This document shows, in pieces, positions 23,571-32,000 of a stretch of 32,000 nt of DNA (position 1 is the stretch's first letter; each line of letters opens with the position of its first letter). The stretch lies in the NCBI GenBank assembly GCA_029856525.1, contig JAHQXC010000003.1, positions 1 through 32,000 of the forward strand. Direction: 5' to 3'. Made by a program: the position numbers and the translations under genes. Source of the stretch: Candidatus Odinarchaeia archaeon. Lineage in GTDB: Archaea; Asgardarchaeota; Odinarchaeia; Odinarchaeales; Odinarchaeaceae. The notes beneath the pieces were generated by a model. That model was not told the DNA's origin and searched no databases. It saw nothing but the letters and a program-made list of their open reading frames with translations.

Positions 23571-25139
23571 TTAACTAGTCACCTTTTTGAGAAGAATATC
23601 TGGACCGGCGAATTCTTTCACATATCCGCTTTGAAGAATGCTTTTCAGTTTATCCCAAGCCTCCTCATTTCTTATGCATCCAGGGTCAGGTGCTCTAAGA
23701 TCTTTGAAGTAATTGAATGAGCGTGCTCTGCAACCGCCACAGTAATATCTAAACTCGCAGCTACCGCAATTATCCTCTAATATATCTTTATCCCTGCATT
23801 CTTTTAGAACCTGGTTATTCACCCATAAATCCTCGAAGTCATCTCTATAAATGTTTCCTACTAAAACCTCTTTTTCATGCGGGAAGAAGACACATGGATA
23901 AAGGTCTCCGTTCGGTTCTATAGCCATATAGAAGCGACCGGCTCCGCATCCTCCTATAAATGAAGCGAGGTTTTTCAGTTTACCTGAAAAAGACGGGTTA
24001 TAAAAATGAGTTGGGACAACAACTTGATTACACTCTCCTTCGCTTAGAGATACACCCATAGCTCTCTCAGTTTGCTGGATTGCAACTCTTGCGAACTGGG
24101 GTGCGGTTGAAAGACAGTTAACTTTAACCTTTTTCTCAGATAAAGTATTCCATAAAATTGTTAAAAGCTCCTCTCTTTCCTGGGGTGTGAGATCCTGATC
24201 TATGATGTCGACGCCTCTTCCAGTAGGCACGAAATTATAGACCATAAACCAGTCGGCTCCAAGACTGTCAACGAATTTTATTAACTCCGGTATTTCTTTA
24301 TAGTTATAGTGGGTTACCGTCGTAGCAACCTCTACGAAAAGCCCTTCCGCCACACAGTTTTTAATACCTTCAACTGTTTTATTAAACGCTCCTTTAACAC
24401 CTCTGAATTCATCGTGTGTTTTAGGATCTAAGCCGTCTAAACTTATCTGGGCGAATTCTAATCCAGCGTTTTTAAATCTTTTAACAACCTCGCGATCAGC
24501 GAAAGTTAAAGCATTCGTAGCGCAGGCTACATACATACCCCGGTTGTGAGCGTGTCTTATCAATTTTAATATGTCTTTTCTTATAGTCGGTTCACCGCCT
24601 GAAAAAGCCAGTATTATCACACCAGCGTCTGCTAGTTTATCTATAACTTTCAACGCTTGCTCAGTTGTTAATTCATCCGGGTCAGCTACACCAGCATTCT
24701 CATAGCAGTGTTTACATTTAAGATTACATTTCCTGGTTACATTCCAGACGACTTGGAAGGGGGCTCCTGGAACAAAAGGCTTCCGCACACCGAATTGAGC
24801 GATTCCTTTTATAACGTTAGCTAATCCCCTCCGCCAGTATACGTCTGAGAACCTCTCCTTTAAATCTTTAACAGATACTCCGAAAGACGAGCCTCCTAAT
24901 TTAAGTATAGGAGCTAAAATTTTAGCTGCAATCTTACACCAAGGGCAGGCTTTATCCCTCTGCCCTGTATAAATCTGTAAAGCTACATCCAGCCTGTTGT
25001 CTTTGTCAAATTTACAGTACTTAGAGATGCCTTTGAGAACTCTTCTAACTAAAACATTCTCTGTGACGCCTTTGAACACTTCTATCATTGAACCTGTGTC
25101 AACTGTGGTTTTAACTCTTTGACCCTCTTCTTCAACCAT
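23571..25139 (-). CDS. Radical SAM/SPASM-domain protein with Cys-containing N-terminal extension
   Basis: CNLKCKHC, FSGGEP, SPASM cysteines GCGAGRF...NGDLYPC and CGSC..RYYCGGCRAR...DPGC. Confidence 0.92.
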   Translation of the reverse strand: MVEEEGQRVKTTVDTGSMIEVFKGVTENVLVRRVLKGISKYCKFDKDNRLDVALQIYTGQRDKACPWCKIAAKILAPILKLGGSSFGVSVKDLKERFSDVYWRRGLANVIKGIAQFGVRKPFVPGAPFQVVWNVTRKCNLKCKHCYENAGVADPDELTTEQALKVIDKLADAGVIILAFSGGEPTIRKDILKLIRHAHNRGMYVACATNALTFADREVVKRFKNAGLEFAQISLDGLDPKTHDEFRGVKGAFNKTVEGIKNCVAEGLFVEVATTVTHYNYKEIPELIKFVDSLGADWFMVYNFVPTGRGVDIIDQDLTPQEREELLTILWNTLSEKKVKVNCLSTAPQFARVAIQQTERAMGVSLSEGECNQVVVPTHFYNPSFSGKLKNLASFIGGCGAGRFYMAIEPNGDLYPCVFFPHEKEVLVGNIYRDDFEDLWVNNQVLKECRDKDILEDNCGSCEFRYYCGGCRARSFNYFKDLRAPDPGCIRNEEAWDKLKSILQSGYVKEFAGPDILLKKVTS

Positions 25140-25325
25140 TCTATAACACCGTTACTGAAATTTAAGATTTTAAAGCTTGATTATTCCCTTATAAGTTTTC
25201 TTATAAAAAGATTATCTTATCTTTCAACATATAAAATGTGTGAAATTTTAGCTTTAAATTAACTGAAATAATTCACGCAGTTAAATATTTAAACATATAT
25301 TAACCTTTTAGAATAGGGTGGAAGC

Positions 25326-26423
25326 ATGGTTAAAGTTACACTAATACCAGGAGATGGAATAGGCCCTGAAATAACAGAGGCCATGTTGAAATGTGTGGAA
25401 GCTACAGGAGCGGATATTCAATGGGAGAAGGTTTTAGCCGGGTCAGCGGCTATGGAAAAATACGGGGTTCCCCTACCGGAGGAGACTATCACATCTTTTA
25501 AGAAAACACGGGTTCTACTTAAAGGACCGATAACTACTAGTTTCGGCACAGGTTTCAGGTCTGTTACAGTCGCTCTAAGGCAAACATTTGATTTATACGC
25601 TAATGTTAGACCGGCTAAATCTATTGAGGGAGTTGAATCCAAGTTTAAAAACGTCGACCTCGTGATTATTAGAGAGAATACTGAAGGCTCCTATTCAGGT
25701 ATAGAATTTCAGAAAGCTTCACCTGAATTAAAAGAATTAATACAGCTCCTTAAACGCACACATAACGTGATAATCGACGAGGACACAGCTATATCTCTTA
25801 AGAAAATATCTGTAAAAGCCTCTCAGAGAATAGTGAAGTTCGCCTTCGATTACGCTGTTCAACATAATAGAAGAAAGGTTACATGCGTTCATAAAGCTAA
25901 TATACACAAGTTCAGCGACGGGCTGTTCCTCGAAGAAGCTAGGAGAATAGCTCAGCTTTACCCGGATATAGTATACGAGGAAAAGGTTGTAGATAATATG
26001 GCTATGCAGCTTGTTATGAAACCGGAGGAGTATGATGTATTAGTGACACCTAACCTTTATGGGGATATACTCTCAGATCTAGCTGCCGGTTTAGTAGGCG
26101 GACTAGGTCTTCTAGCCGGAGCTAACATTGGCTCAGAATACGCTATGTTCGAGCCTGTTCACGGATCAGCGCCTAAATACGCTGGTTTGAATAAAGTTAA
26201 TCCGACAGCTATGATCAACAGCGCTGTTATGATGCTTAGACATCTTAAAATGTTTCGTGAAGCTGAATTACTGGAGAAAGCCACCTTAAAAGTTATTAAG
26301 GACGGTGTTAAAGTAACATATGACTTATATAATAAGCCGGAGGGTTCACCGGCCGGTACAATGGAGATGGCTGATGAAATAACCCGGCAGATAGAATTAC
26401 TATTACAGAAAGGTGACGTATAA
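25326..26423 (+). CDS. icd: Isocitrate dehydrogenase (IDH/IPMDH family), probably NADP-dependent
   Basis: IPGDGIGPEI, LKGPITT, GFRSV, RENTEG.YSG, HKANI, NLYGDILSD, FEPVHGSAPKYAG (KY indicates NADP-type specificity). Confidence 0.85.
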   Translation: MVKVTLIPGDGIGPEITEAMLKCVEATGADIQWEKVLAGSAAMEKYGVPLPEETITSFKKTRVLLKGPITTSFGTGFRSVTVALRQTFDLYANVRPAKSIEGVESKFKNVDLVIIRENTEGSYSGIEFQKASPELKELIQLLKRTHNVIIDEDTAISLKKISVKASQRIVKFAFDYAVQHNRRKVTCVHKANIHKFSDGLFLEEARRIAQLYPDIVYEEKVVDNMAMQLVMKPEEYDVLVTPNLYGDILSDLAAGLVGGLGLLAGANIGSEYAMFEPVHGSAPKYAGLNKVNPTAMINSAVMMLRHLKMFREAELLEKATLKVIKDGVKVTYDLYNKPEGSPAGTMEMADEITRQIELLLQKGDV

Positions 26424-27671
26424 TTGGAGATTAAAATACCGTACGGTTCATCTTATCAGAAACTTGTCATCGACGACGAAAATATTTTGAAAATAGTATA
26501 TCCTAATAACGTGGAGAAACGTGATGAAATACGCGTTCTCGAAGAGGCTTTTAACAATCCTGTGGAAAGCCCGAGGTTAGCCGAGTTCTTAGATAATGTG
26601 AAACGTTTTATAATAGTGGTTAACGACGCTCAGAGGTCAACGCCTACATCTAAAATATTAAACTATATTGAACCTCAACTAGAGGGACGGGACTTTATTT
26701 TCCTAGTGGCTACAGGAGATCATAGAGCCCCAACGGAATCTGAGATTAAACAAATTTTAGGTGATAAGCTTTACAATAAATACCGTGATAGAGTAACATA
26801 CCATGACAGTAAGAAATCTGAGCTATACTATTTCGGTAAAAGCAGTCGGGGAACTGAAATCTATTTAAATAAGCTGGTCGCCGATTACGGTGCTATAATC
26901 GCGGTTAACTCGCTTGAACCGCATTATTTCGCAGGATACACAGGCGGTAGGAAGAGCCTTGTACCTGGGGTCGCAGGGTATAAGACTATCACCCAGAATC
27001 ACTCACTCTCCTTGTATAGAGAAGCCCAGTTAACGAGGCTTGAAGGCAACCCTGTTCACGAGGACTTCGAGGATATCGCTCGAATCGTCCTTGAAAAGAT
27101 TAGAATATTCGCAGTTAACGTTGTCACCGACGGGGACGGTGATATTTACGCCTGCGCTACAGGCGATATATTAAAATCTTTTTACACGCTTATAGAAGCA
27201 GCTGAAGAAGTCTACTGTGCTAGAATACCTTGTAAAGCTGAAATAGTGGTTACAATCGCCCGCCCGCCTCTCGACATCAACCTTTACCAGGCTCAAAAAG
27301 CTATAGAATCAGCTAAAATCGCGGTTAAAGATAAAGGAGTAATAATACTGGTAGCTGAATGCCGTGAAGGAATAGGTCCTCCTGATTTTTACAATCTTAT
27401 GAAAGAGTCCAGTAACCCTGATGAAATATTCGCTAAAATAAAAAGCAACTATAAGTTAGGTTACCATAAAACAGCTAAGCTCATAGAGACAGCGATGTTC
27501 TCTAATATATTTATAGTTTCAAGTATGAAGCCTGAGATTTTTGAGGGAACATTTATAAAGCCTTTCTCAAACATAGATAGCGCTCTTCAAGAAGCGCTTA
27601 AAATAACAGGGCGAGCTTCTAAAATACTTTTTCTAATGGATGGTGGAACAGTCGCCCCGATAATCAAATAA
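26424..27671 (+). CDS. larA: Nickel-pincer-dependent lactate racemase family protein (LarA-like)
   Basis: VNDAQRSTP, ATGDHR, EPHYFAGYTGGRKSLVPG, GNPVHED, NLYQAQKA, AECREGIG. Confidence 0.9.
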   Translation: MEIKIPYGSSYQKLVIDDENILKIVYPNNVEKRDEIRVLEEAFNNPVESPRLAEFLDNVKRFIIVVNDAQRSTPTSKILNYIEPQLEGRDFIFLVATGDHRAPTESEIKQILGDKLYNKYRDRVTYHDSKKSELYYFGKSSRGTEIYLNKLVADYGAIIAVNSLEPHYFAGYTGGRKSLVPGVAGYKTITQNHSLSLYREAQLTRLEGNPVHEDFEDIARIVLEKIRIFAVNVVTDGDGDIYACATGDILKSFYTLIEAAEEVYCARIPCKAEIVVTIARPPLDINLYQAQKAIESAKIAVKDKGVIILVAECREGIGPPDFYNLMKESSNPDEIFAKIKSNYKLGYHKTAKLIETAMFSNIFIVSSMKPEIFEGTFIKPFSNIDSALQEALKITGRASKILFLMDGGTVAPIIK

Positions 27672-27697
27672 TATTATGATTTTCAAGGGAGTTCTAA

Positions 27698-28828
27698 ATG
27701 AATCCGTTTTTAGATGGTAAACGCGCTCTCATCTGTTTTCTTAAAAAGAATCCTCACGATCATAAAATTTACAAACTTAAATTAGATGAATTGAAGAATC
27801 TCGTTAAATCCTTGAATATTATAATAGTGGATACAGTGGTTCAAACACGCCTTAAACCAACCTCTAACTATTACCTCGGGAAAGGAAGAGTGATGGCTGT
27901 TAAAGAGCAGATTAAAGAAAATAAAATCGATCTTATAATATTCTATAATAGATTGAGTAGTAAGCAGAGATTGAATTTAAACAGGTTTTTAGAAGTCCCA
28001 GTCCTGGATAGAAACGATATTATCTTCGAGTTATTCAGGCGGGGTGCATCCGATAAACTATCTCTACTACAGATAGAATACGCTGAAATCTCTAGAATGC
28101 TACCATACTATAAATTGATTGTGAAAGAAAAATTTATGAGTGATAGAGCTTTTCTCGGCTCAAGCGGCGAATACGGATATCATAACACTCTTAAAGCCTA
28201 TACTCGTAGACTCTGTAAGATTAAAGGGGAGATGGATGACTATTTCCAAGATAAATTATCCCAGATTGAAAAACGAAAAGCATTAAATAAGCCCTCTGTA
28301 TGTATTTCAGGCTATTACAATGCAGGTAAAACCACGCTTTTCAATTTTCTAACAGGAGAAAGCAAGGAGGCTAGCAGTAAACCTTTCACCACTCTGGTGA
28401 GCAAGTATCAGACATGTAAATTAGATAAAGATATACTCTTTATAGATACTATAGGGTTTGTAGCGGACATGGATTTAAACGTGTTAAAATCTTTCACTCT
28501 TAACATGCTAGATATTATGAACGCTGATCTTATCCTTTTCACAGTGGGTTTAGACGATGATCTTGAAGCTATTAAATTTAAAATACAACAGGGATTTGAA
28601 ATATACCGTGAGCTTCGAATCGACTTTAATAAAATACTTCTCGTTTTTACAAAAACAGATTTACTTGGTATAGAAGCATTCAAAAATTATAAATCAGCTT
28701 TAACGGAGCTGTATCCTCCTGATAAAACAATTTTTATATCTGTTTTAAACAGGTTTGGTTTACCGGATTTAATGGATAAGATTAAGTGTAATCTTAGAAC
28801 ACACGGCAATTGCATTGAAATCATTTAA
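27698..28828 (+). CDS. hflX: GTPase HflX (divergent)
   Basis: YLGKG, IIFYNRLS..Q..NL, VLDR..II, LQIEYA, G1 GYYNAGKT, G2 FTTL, G3 DTIGF, G4 TKTD. Confidence 0.85.
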   Translation: MNPFLDGKRALICFLKKNPHDHKIYKLKLDELKNLVKSLNIIIVDTVVQTRLKPTSNYYLGKGRVMAVKEQIKENKIDLIIFYNRLSSKQRLNLNRFLEVPVLDRNDIIFELFRRGASDKLSLLQIEYAEISRMLPYYKLIVKEKFMSDRAFLGSSGEYGYHNTLKAYTRRLCKIKGEMDDYFQDKLSQIEKRKALNKPSVCISGYYNAGKTTLFNFLTGESKEASSKPFTTLVSKYQTCKLDKDILFIDTIGFVADMDLNVLKSFTLNMLDIMNADLILFTVGLDDDLEAIKFKIQQGFEIYRELRIDFNKILLVFTKTDLLGIEAFKNYKSALTELYPPDKTIFISVLNRFGLPDLMDKIKCNLRTHGNCIEII

Positions 28829-29010
28829 AAGTATTTTCAACTAAACCGGATATACTTTTGCACTCTGAGATCTATAGATTAACATGTTCATAGAATATAA
28901 GTTAAATAGACTGGGATAAAAGTTAAGTTTAAATAAAGTATTTTAAAACCGTTTCAAATTGCATAAAAGCGGGTTTATCGTTAACCGTGCCATTCATGGA
29001 AGCCTATGAC

Positions 29011-29604
29011 TTAAATCATAGATAGCTCAGTATTCCAAGGAGCGTTTTTGAAAATTATTCTTAAATTCTCACCTGTTTTAACGAGTTGAATATACCCGTC
29101 TCTTCTAAGATTTTTCAGTAGATTTATTAATTTTTCATTCGCCATCCTACTTTTAGCTTTCATGTTTTTCAAATCGGTTTCAGAATACTCTTCAGCTAAT
29201 GCTAATATTTTAAACTTAGGCTCTTTAATCAATAATTTCTTTATTAAAGCGTTTTTCTCAGCTAAAACTTTCTTAAACAAATTTTTTTCCTCTTCCAATC
29301 TATTTTTGAAATCGTCTACAATTAACTCCAAGCTCTTGTTTAAAGATTCAACATGTCTTGTAACGATTTTAATACTCTCTTTTAACAGTGTACTAGTCAG
29401 ATCTTCTAGGATGTTTTCTGAAGTTTTTTTAATGAATGTAATTTTCTCCTCTAACTCTGGGATTTTATTAAACAGGTTAAAGAGGGTTGTATCCGATTCA
29501 TTTTTAAAAGCTGAGGTTAGCTTTCTCGCGAATTCTTCTTTAATCTCGTAGAAAACACCGCTTAACTGTAGAAACAGTTTACGGATTCTTTCATCATTAT
29601 TCAT
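29011..29604 (-). CDS. Coiled-coil protein with C-terminal winged-helix domain
   Basis: Long heptad region, then PKFKILALA....DLKNM...SRM...KLINLLKNLRRDGYIQL (wHTH pattern). ATG 29604 overlaps the upstream nuclease stop. Confidence 0.65.
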   Translation of the reverse strand: MNNDERIRKLFLQLSGVFYEIKEEFARKLTSAFKNESDTTLFNLFNKIPELEEKITFIKKTSENILEDLTSTLLKESIKIVTRHVESLNKSLELIVDDFKNRLEEEKNLFKKVLAEKNALIKKLLIKEPKFKILALAEEYSETDLKNMKAKSRMANEKLINLLKNLRRDGYIQLVKTGENLRIIFKNAPWNTELSMI

Positions 29605-30289
29605 TTTCAACAACTCTATTTAAAGAATAAATTTTCAAATCATACATTTCGATGTTGTTTAAAAAATTATTGAGCTTATAAACCGGTACTATAGGCACCA
29701 TGTTATGGAATTGTATTCGTTCATCATACCAGGTTATTATTAACGGAGTGATTTGTTTAACTGGAAGATTAGTGTAATCTTCTCTAAATTTTTTAGATTG
29801 CACGAGCATCTTTATTCTAGCATCCTGTTTTTCAGCGTATTTTACTAGTAGGCTTCTCTTACCTTGCCTAGCAGACCAGTGTTTAACATCCGCTGCGAGA
29901 ATTAAACCGTTTCTATAAGCTAAAATATCTATTTCGAAACGTTTACCAGCTTCTTTGAAACGATAGTGTAATTTACAATCGAATTCGTTAAATTCTAATA
30001 TTTTAGCGCAGAGATACTCGAATTGAACCCAATTTAAAACTTCGCTTAAATCTTCTATTGAAAGATGTTCTTCAATAAGCTTTATTATAATATGGGTTAG
30101 CGAATCTTTATCTTTAAGGTCAATCCACCCCTCCTGGTCTTCATCTCTCCCCAGAGATTGATTTATAAATCTTATAATATTCTCATCCACAACCGTTTTA
30201 CTCAAGAAAACTCTCCCAGAATTATCTTTCCCCAGGCTATTCTTAGAGATAAACTCTAAGACCTGTAAAGGTAGATCGCTTTCCCCCAT
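29597..30289 (-). CDS. PD-(D/E)xK nuclease (Mrr/NERD-like restriction-endonuclease fold)
   Basis: WVQFEYLCAKIL, FEIDILAY, AADVKHWS, VPIVP. Confidence 0.8.
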   Translation of the reverse strand: MGESDLPLQVLEFISKNSLGKDNSGRVFLSKTVVDENIIRFINQSLGRDEDQEGWIDLKDKDSLTHIIIKLIEEHLSIEDLSEVLNWVQFEYLCAKILEFNEFDCKLHYRFKEAGKRFEIDILAYRNGLILAADVKHWSARQGKRSLLVKYAEKQDARIKMLVQSKKFREDYTNLPVKQITPLIITWYDERIQFHNMVPIVPVYKLNNFLNNIEMYDLKIYSLNRVVENE

Positions 30290-30565
30290 TTCAATCTAAC
30301 CTAAAACTCTTAGTAAAATGATTTTCTCAACTCGAACTTTTAGCATTATAATTTTTAAATCAAATTTAATAGTATTTTAACTTTACCAAAAAATTATTTA
30401 CTTTAAACACCTGAAAGATACTAAAAATCCTGTTAGATTTAGAGGATCAGCTAACATGAATAATTCACTGTTTTTACTAGAACACTGCATGTTAATGGTT
30501 ATACTGGTTTACCGCCTATTTAAACTGCCTTAAAGATTTTTCAGAGAATATAATTTAATTTTTTA

Positions 30566-32000
30566 TTAATTAGTTTTTGAAGCTTTTTCGTCAACCGCGA
30601 CAGCTTCACGATCTTCTTTATGTATGTTTAATCTTTTCTCCGCTGCTTCTAATATTTCTTTTAGCATCATTGAATATGATAGGCCTGCGAACTTAGCCAT
30701 TTTAGCTAGATGCCCGTCCCAGCACCAGCCGGGGTTAGGGTTAACTTCTAGAAGCTTCGGGACACCGTTTTCATCTAATCTCCAATCGAATCTAGCGTAA
30801 TCCCTGCACTCTAATCTATTGAAGAGTTTAACACACCATTCAACTATAATATTATATGTTTCTGCGGGTAGATCCGCTACAACGGTTTTAATATTCCAGT
30901 AAGGTGAATCTGGAAGCCATTTAGCTTCATAACCGCATATTTTAGGTAACCCCTCCGGTATAGTGCTATAATCTTCCTCTGTTATAGGTAGAACTATGTA
31001 GTCAGGCGGGTTCCCGATTATCCCTACGCTTAAATCTTTTCCTGTTAGAAACTCTTCTACAAGAATATGCTTATCGTATCCGAATTTATCTCTTATCTCT
31101 GAAATAGCGGCTATGAACTCTTCTCTATTGTAAGCTACACTTTTCTGAGTTATTCCGAAACTGGAGTCACCGAAATTAGGTTTAACAATAACAGGGAAGT
31201 CGAAGTTGATTTCAAATGTTTTATCCTCTGGTTTAATGAACACAGCTTCCGGAACCGGTATACCCATTTCTCTTGCAACTCCTCTTACAAGAGATTTATC
31301 ATAGCAGATTGCTAGACATTGAGGGCCGGCTCCCGTGTAAGGTATACCAAGTACATCTAGTAAAGCTGGCACGTGAAGTTCTTTACGCGGATCGTTGAAG
31401 TAACCTTCATCACAAAGGTTTAAGACTAAATCTATTTTATCTTTTAACTTTATAAGATCGCTGATAAGTGTATCATGGTCGTTAAGATAAGTGAATTTAT
31501 AGCCTTCTAGTTCTCTTAAAGCATCTTTCATCTGGTCTATAGTGTAGATGTCGTCGTCGTCGAATACTGTTGAAGGTTTCACAGGGTCTCTTTTAGTCGG
31601 GTCTCCTAGAATTACAACTACGTTTTTAACTTCAGCTTTAGTTCTTCTTTTAACAGGGGACCATTCCTTTTTAACTAAAGCTGTTAGAACCAGCCGCTGC
31701 TCCATCATTCCAAGATCCTGTTTCCTCTTAGAATCTGTCGCTATCTCCCCCTGGAAAACTAGATCTGTGAAACCTGCGGCTGTTAGAAACTTTATTAGAG
31801 TATCTTTAGTGTAAAGTCTTTCAGCGTAGAATTGATCAGCTAAAACACCTTTATTAACGTGAGCTACCACTTCTCTGCAAATTAAACGCTGCTCATCTAC
31901 TGAAAGCGTTCTCTCCCTGCACACGTAATGTTTTTTATCAATCCACTCCCAGGATCGCGGTTGAAAATTCTTTTTCACATATTCCCCGTCAGCTACGTCG
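30566..32000 (-). CDS. Methyltransferase / D-Ala-D-Ala-ligase-like ATP-grasp fusion (5'-truncated by window edge)
   Basis: Frame stays open to the window end (…DVADGEYVKKNF). ATP-grasp motifs NLCDEG, IPYTG, CYDK, FPVIVKPN..DSSFGI, LVEEFL.G, YARFDWR, LEVNPNPG. The N-terminal ERLY...FLTAAGF resembles the tail of a class I methyltransferase. Confidence 0.85.
   Translation of the reverse strand, partial: DVADGEYVKKNFQPRSWEWIDKKHYVCRERTLSVDEQRLICREVVAHVNKGVLADQFYAERLYTKDTLIKFLTAAGFTDLVFQGEIATDSKRKQDLGMMEQRLVLTALVKKEWSPVKRRTKAEVKNVVVILGDPTKRDPVKPSTVFDDDDIYTIDQMKDALRELEGYKFTYLNDHDTLISDLIKLKDKIDLVLNLCDEGYFNDPRKELHVPALLDVLGIPYTGAGPQCLAICYDKSLVRGVAREMGIPVPEAVFIKPEDKTFEINFDFPVIVKPNFGDSSFGITQKSVAYNREEFIAAISEIRDKFGYDKHILVEEFLTGKDLSVGIIGNPPDYIVLPITEEDYSTIPEGLPKICGYEAKWLPDSPYWNIKTVVADLPAETYNIIVEWCVKLFNRLECRDYARFDWRLDENGVPKLLEVNPNPGWCWDGHLAKMAKFAGLSYSMMLKEILEAAEKRLNIHKEDREAVAVDEKASKTN

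Noticed and set aside
16481-31814. ORFs 16481..16780, 19139..19351, 20663..20845, 22572..22757, 25418..25642, 28408..28683, 29162..29551, 31548..31814
   Set aside because: All overlap better-supported genes on the opposite strand.
1-32000. CRISPR array, rRNA, transposase/integrase, SECIS or UGA read-through
   Set aside because: I saw no regularly spaced repeat-spacer units, no recognisable RNA genes or recombinase motifs, and no gene interrupted by an in-frame UGA. The 19-bp palindrome array is too short and lacks spacers of CRISPR length.

Overview
Gene-dense, AT-rich archaeal chromosomal window with frequent GGAGG/GGTGA Shine-Dalgarno motifs, TATA-like promoters and T-tract terminators. 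The housekeeping genes are archaeal in type: proteasome beta subunit, uS7, archaeal adenylate kinase, PDCD5-like protein and HflX. Two likely eukaryotic-signature proteins (an E2F/DP-type winged helix with RRIYD, and a single-domain gelsolin-like protein) point to an Asgard archaeon, possibly a thermophilic Odinarchaeia-like lineage; this is an inference. Left part: a complete Dpp/Opp ABC transporter operon, then pheA, an SDR, psmB, mobB, a cupin, a DUF4184-like protein and a stand-alone rps7. Middle (16.3-22.9 kb) is the most interesting part. It holds a three-gene operon with two paralogous small helical proteins, a double-wHTH Lrp/AsnC-like regulator, three palindromes spaced exactly 19 bp apart, and an AbrB-like protein. 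It then holds a 281-aa protein whose motifs resemble the kinetochore protein CENP-N/Chl4, divergently transcribed from the E2F/DP-like gene (which has a candidate structured leader), followed by the PDCD5-like and gelsolin-like genes. Right part: adkA, a radical SAM/SPASM enzyme (candidate GMGT synthase-type), an IDH-LarA-HflX run, a PD-(D/E)xK nuclease with a coiled-coil/wHTH partner, and a truncated methyltransferase-ATP-grasp (Ddl-like) fusion. I saw no tRNA, rRNA, CRISPR array or transposase. All family assignments come from motif recognition by eye, not from database searches.
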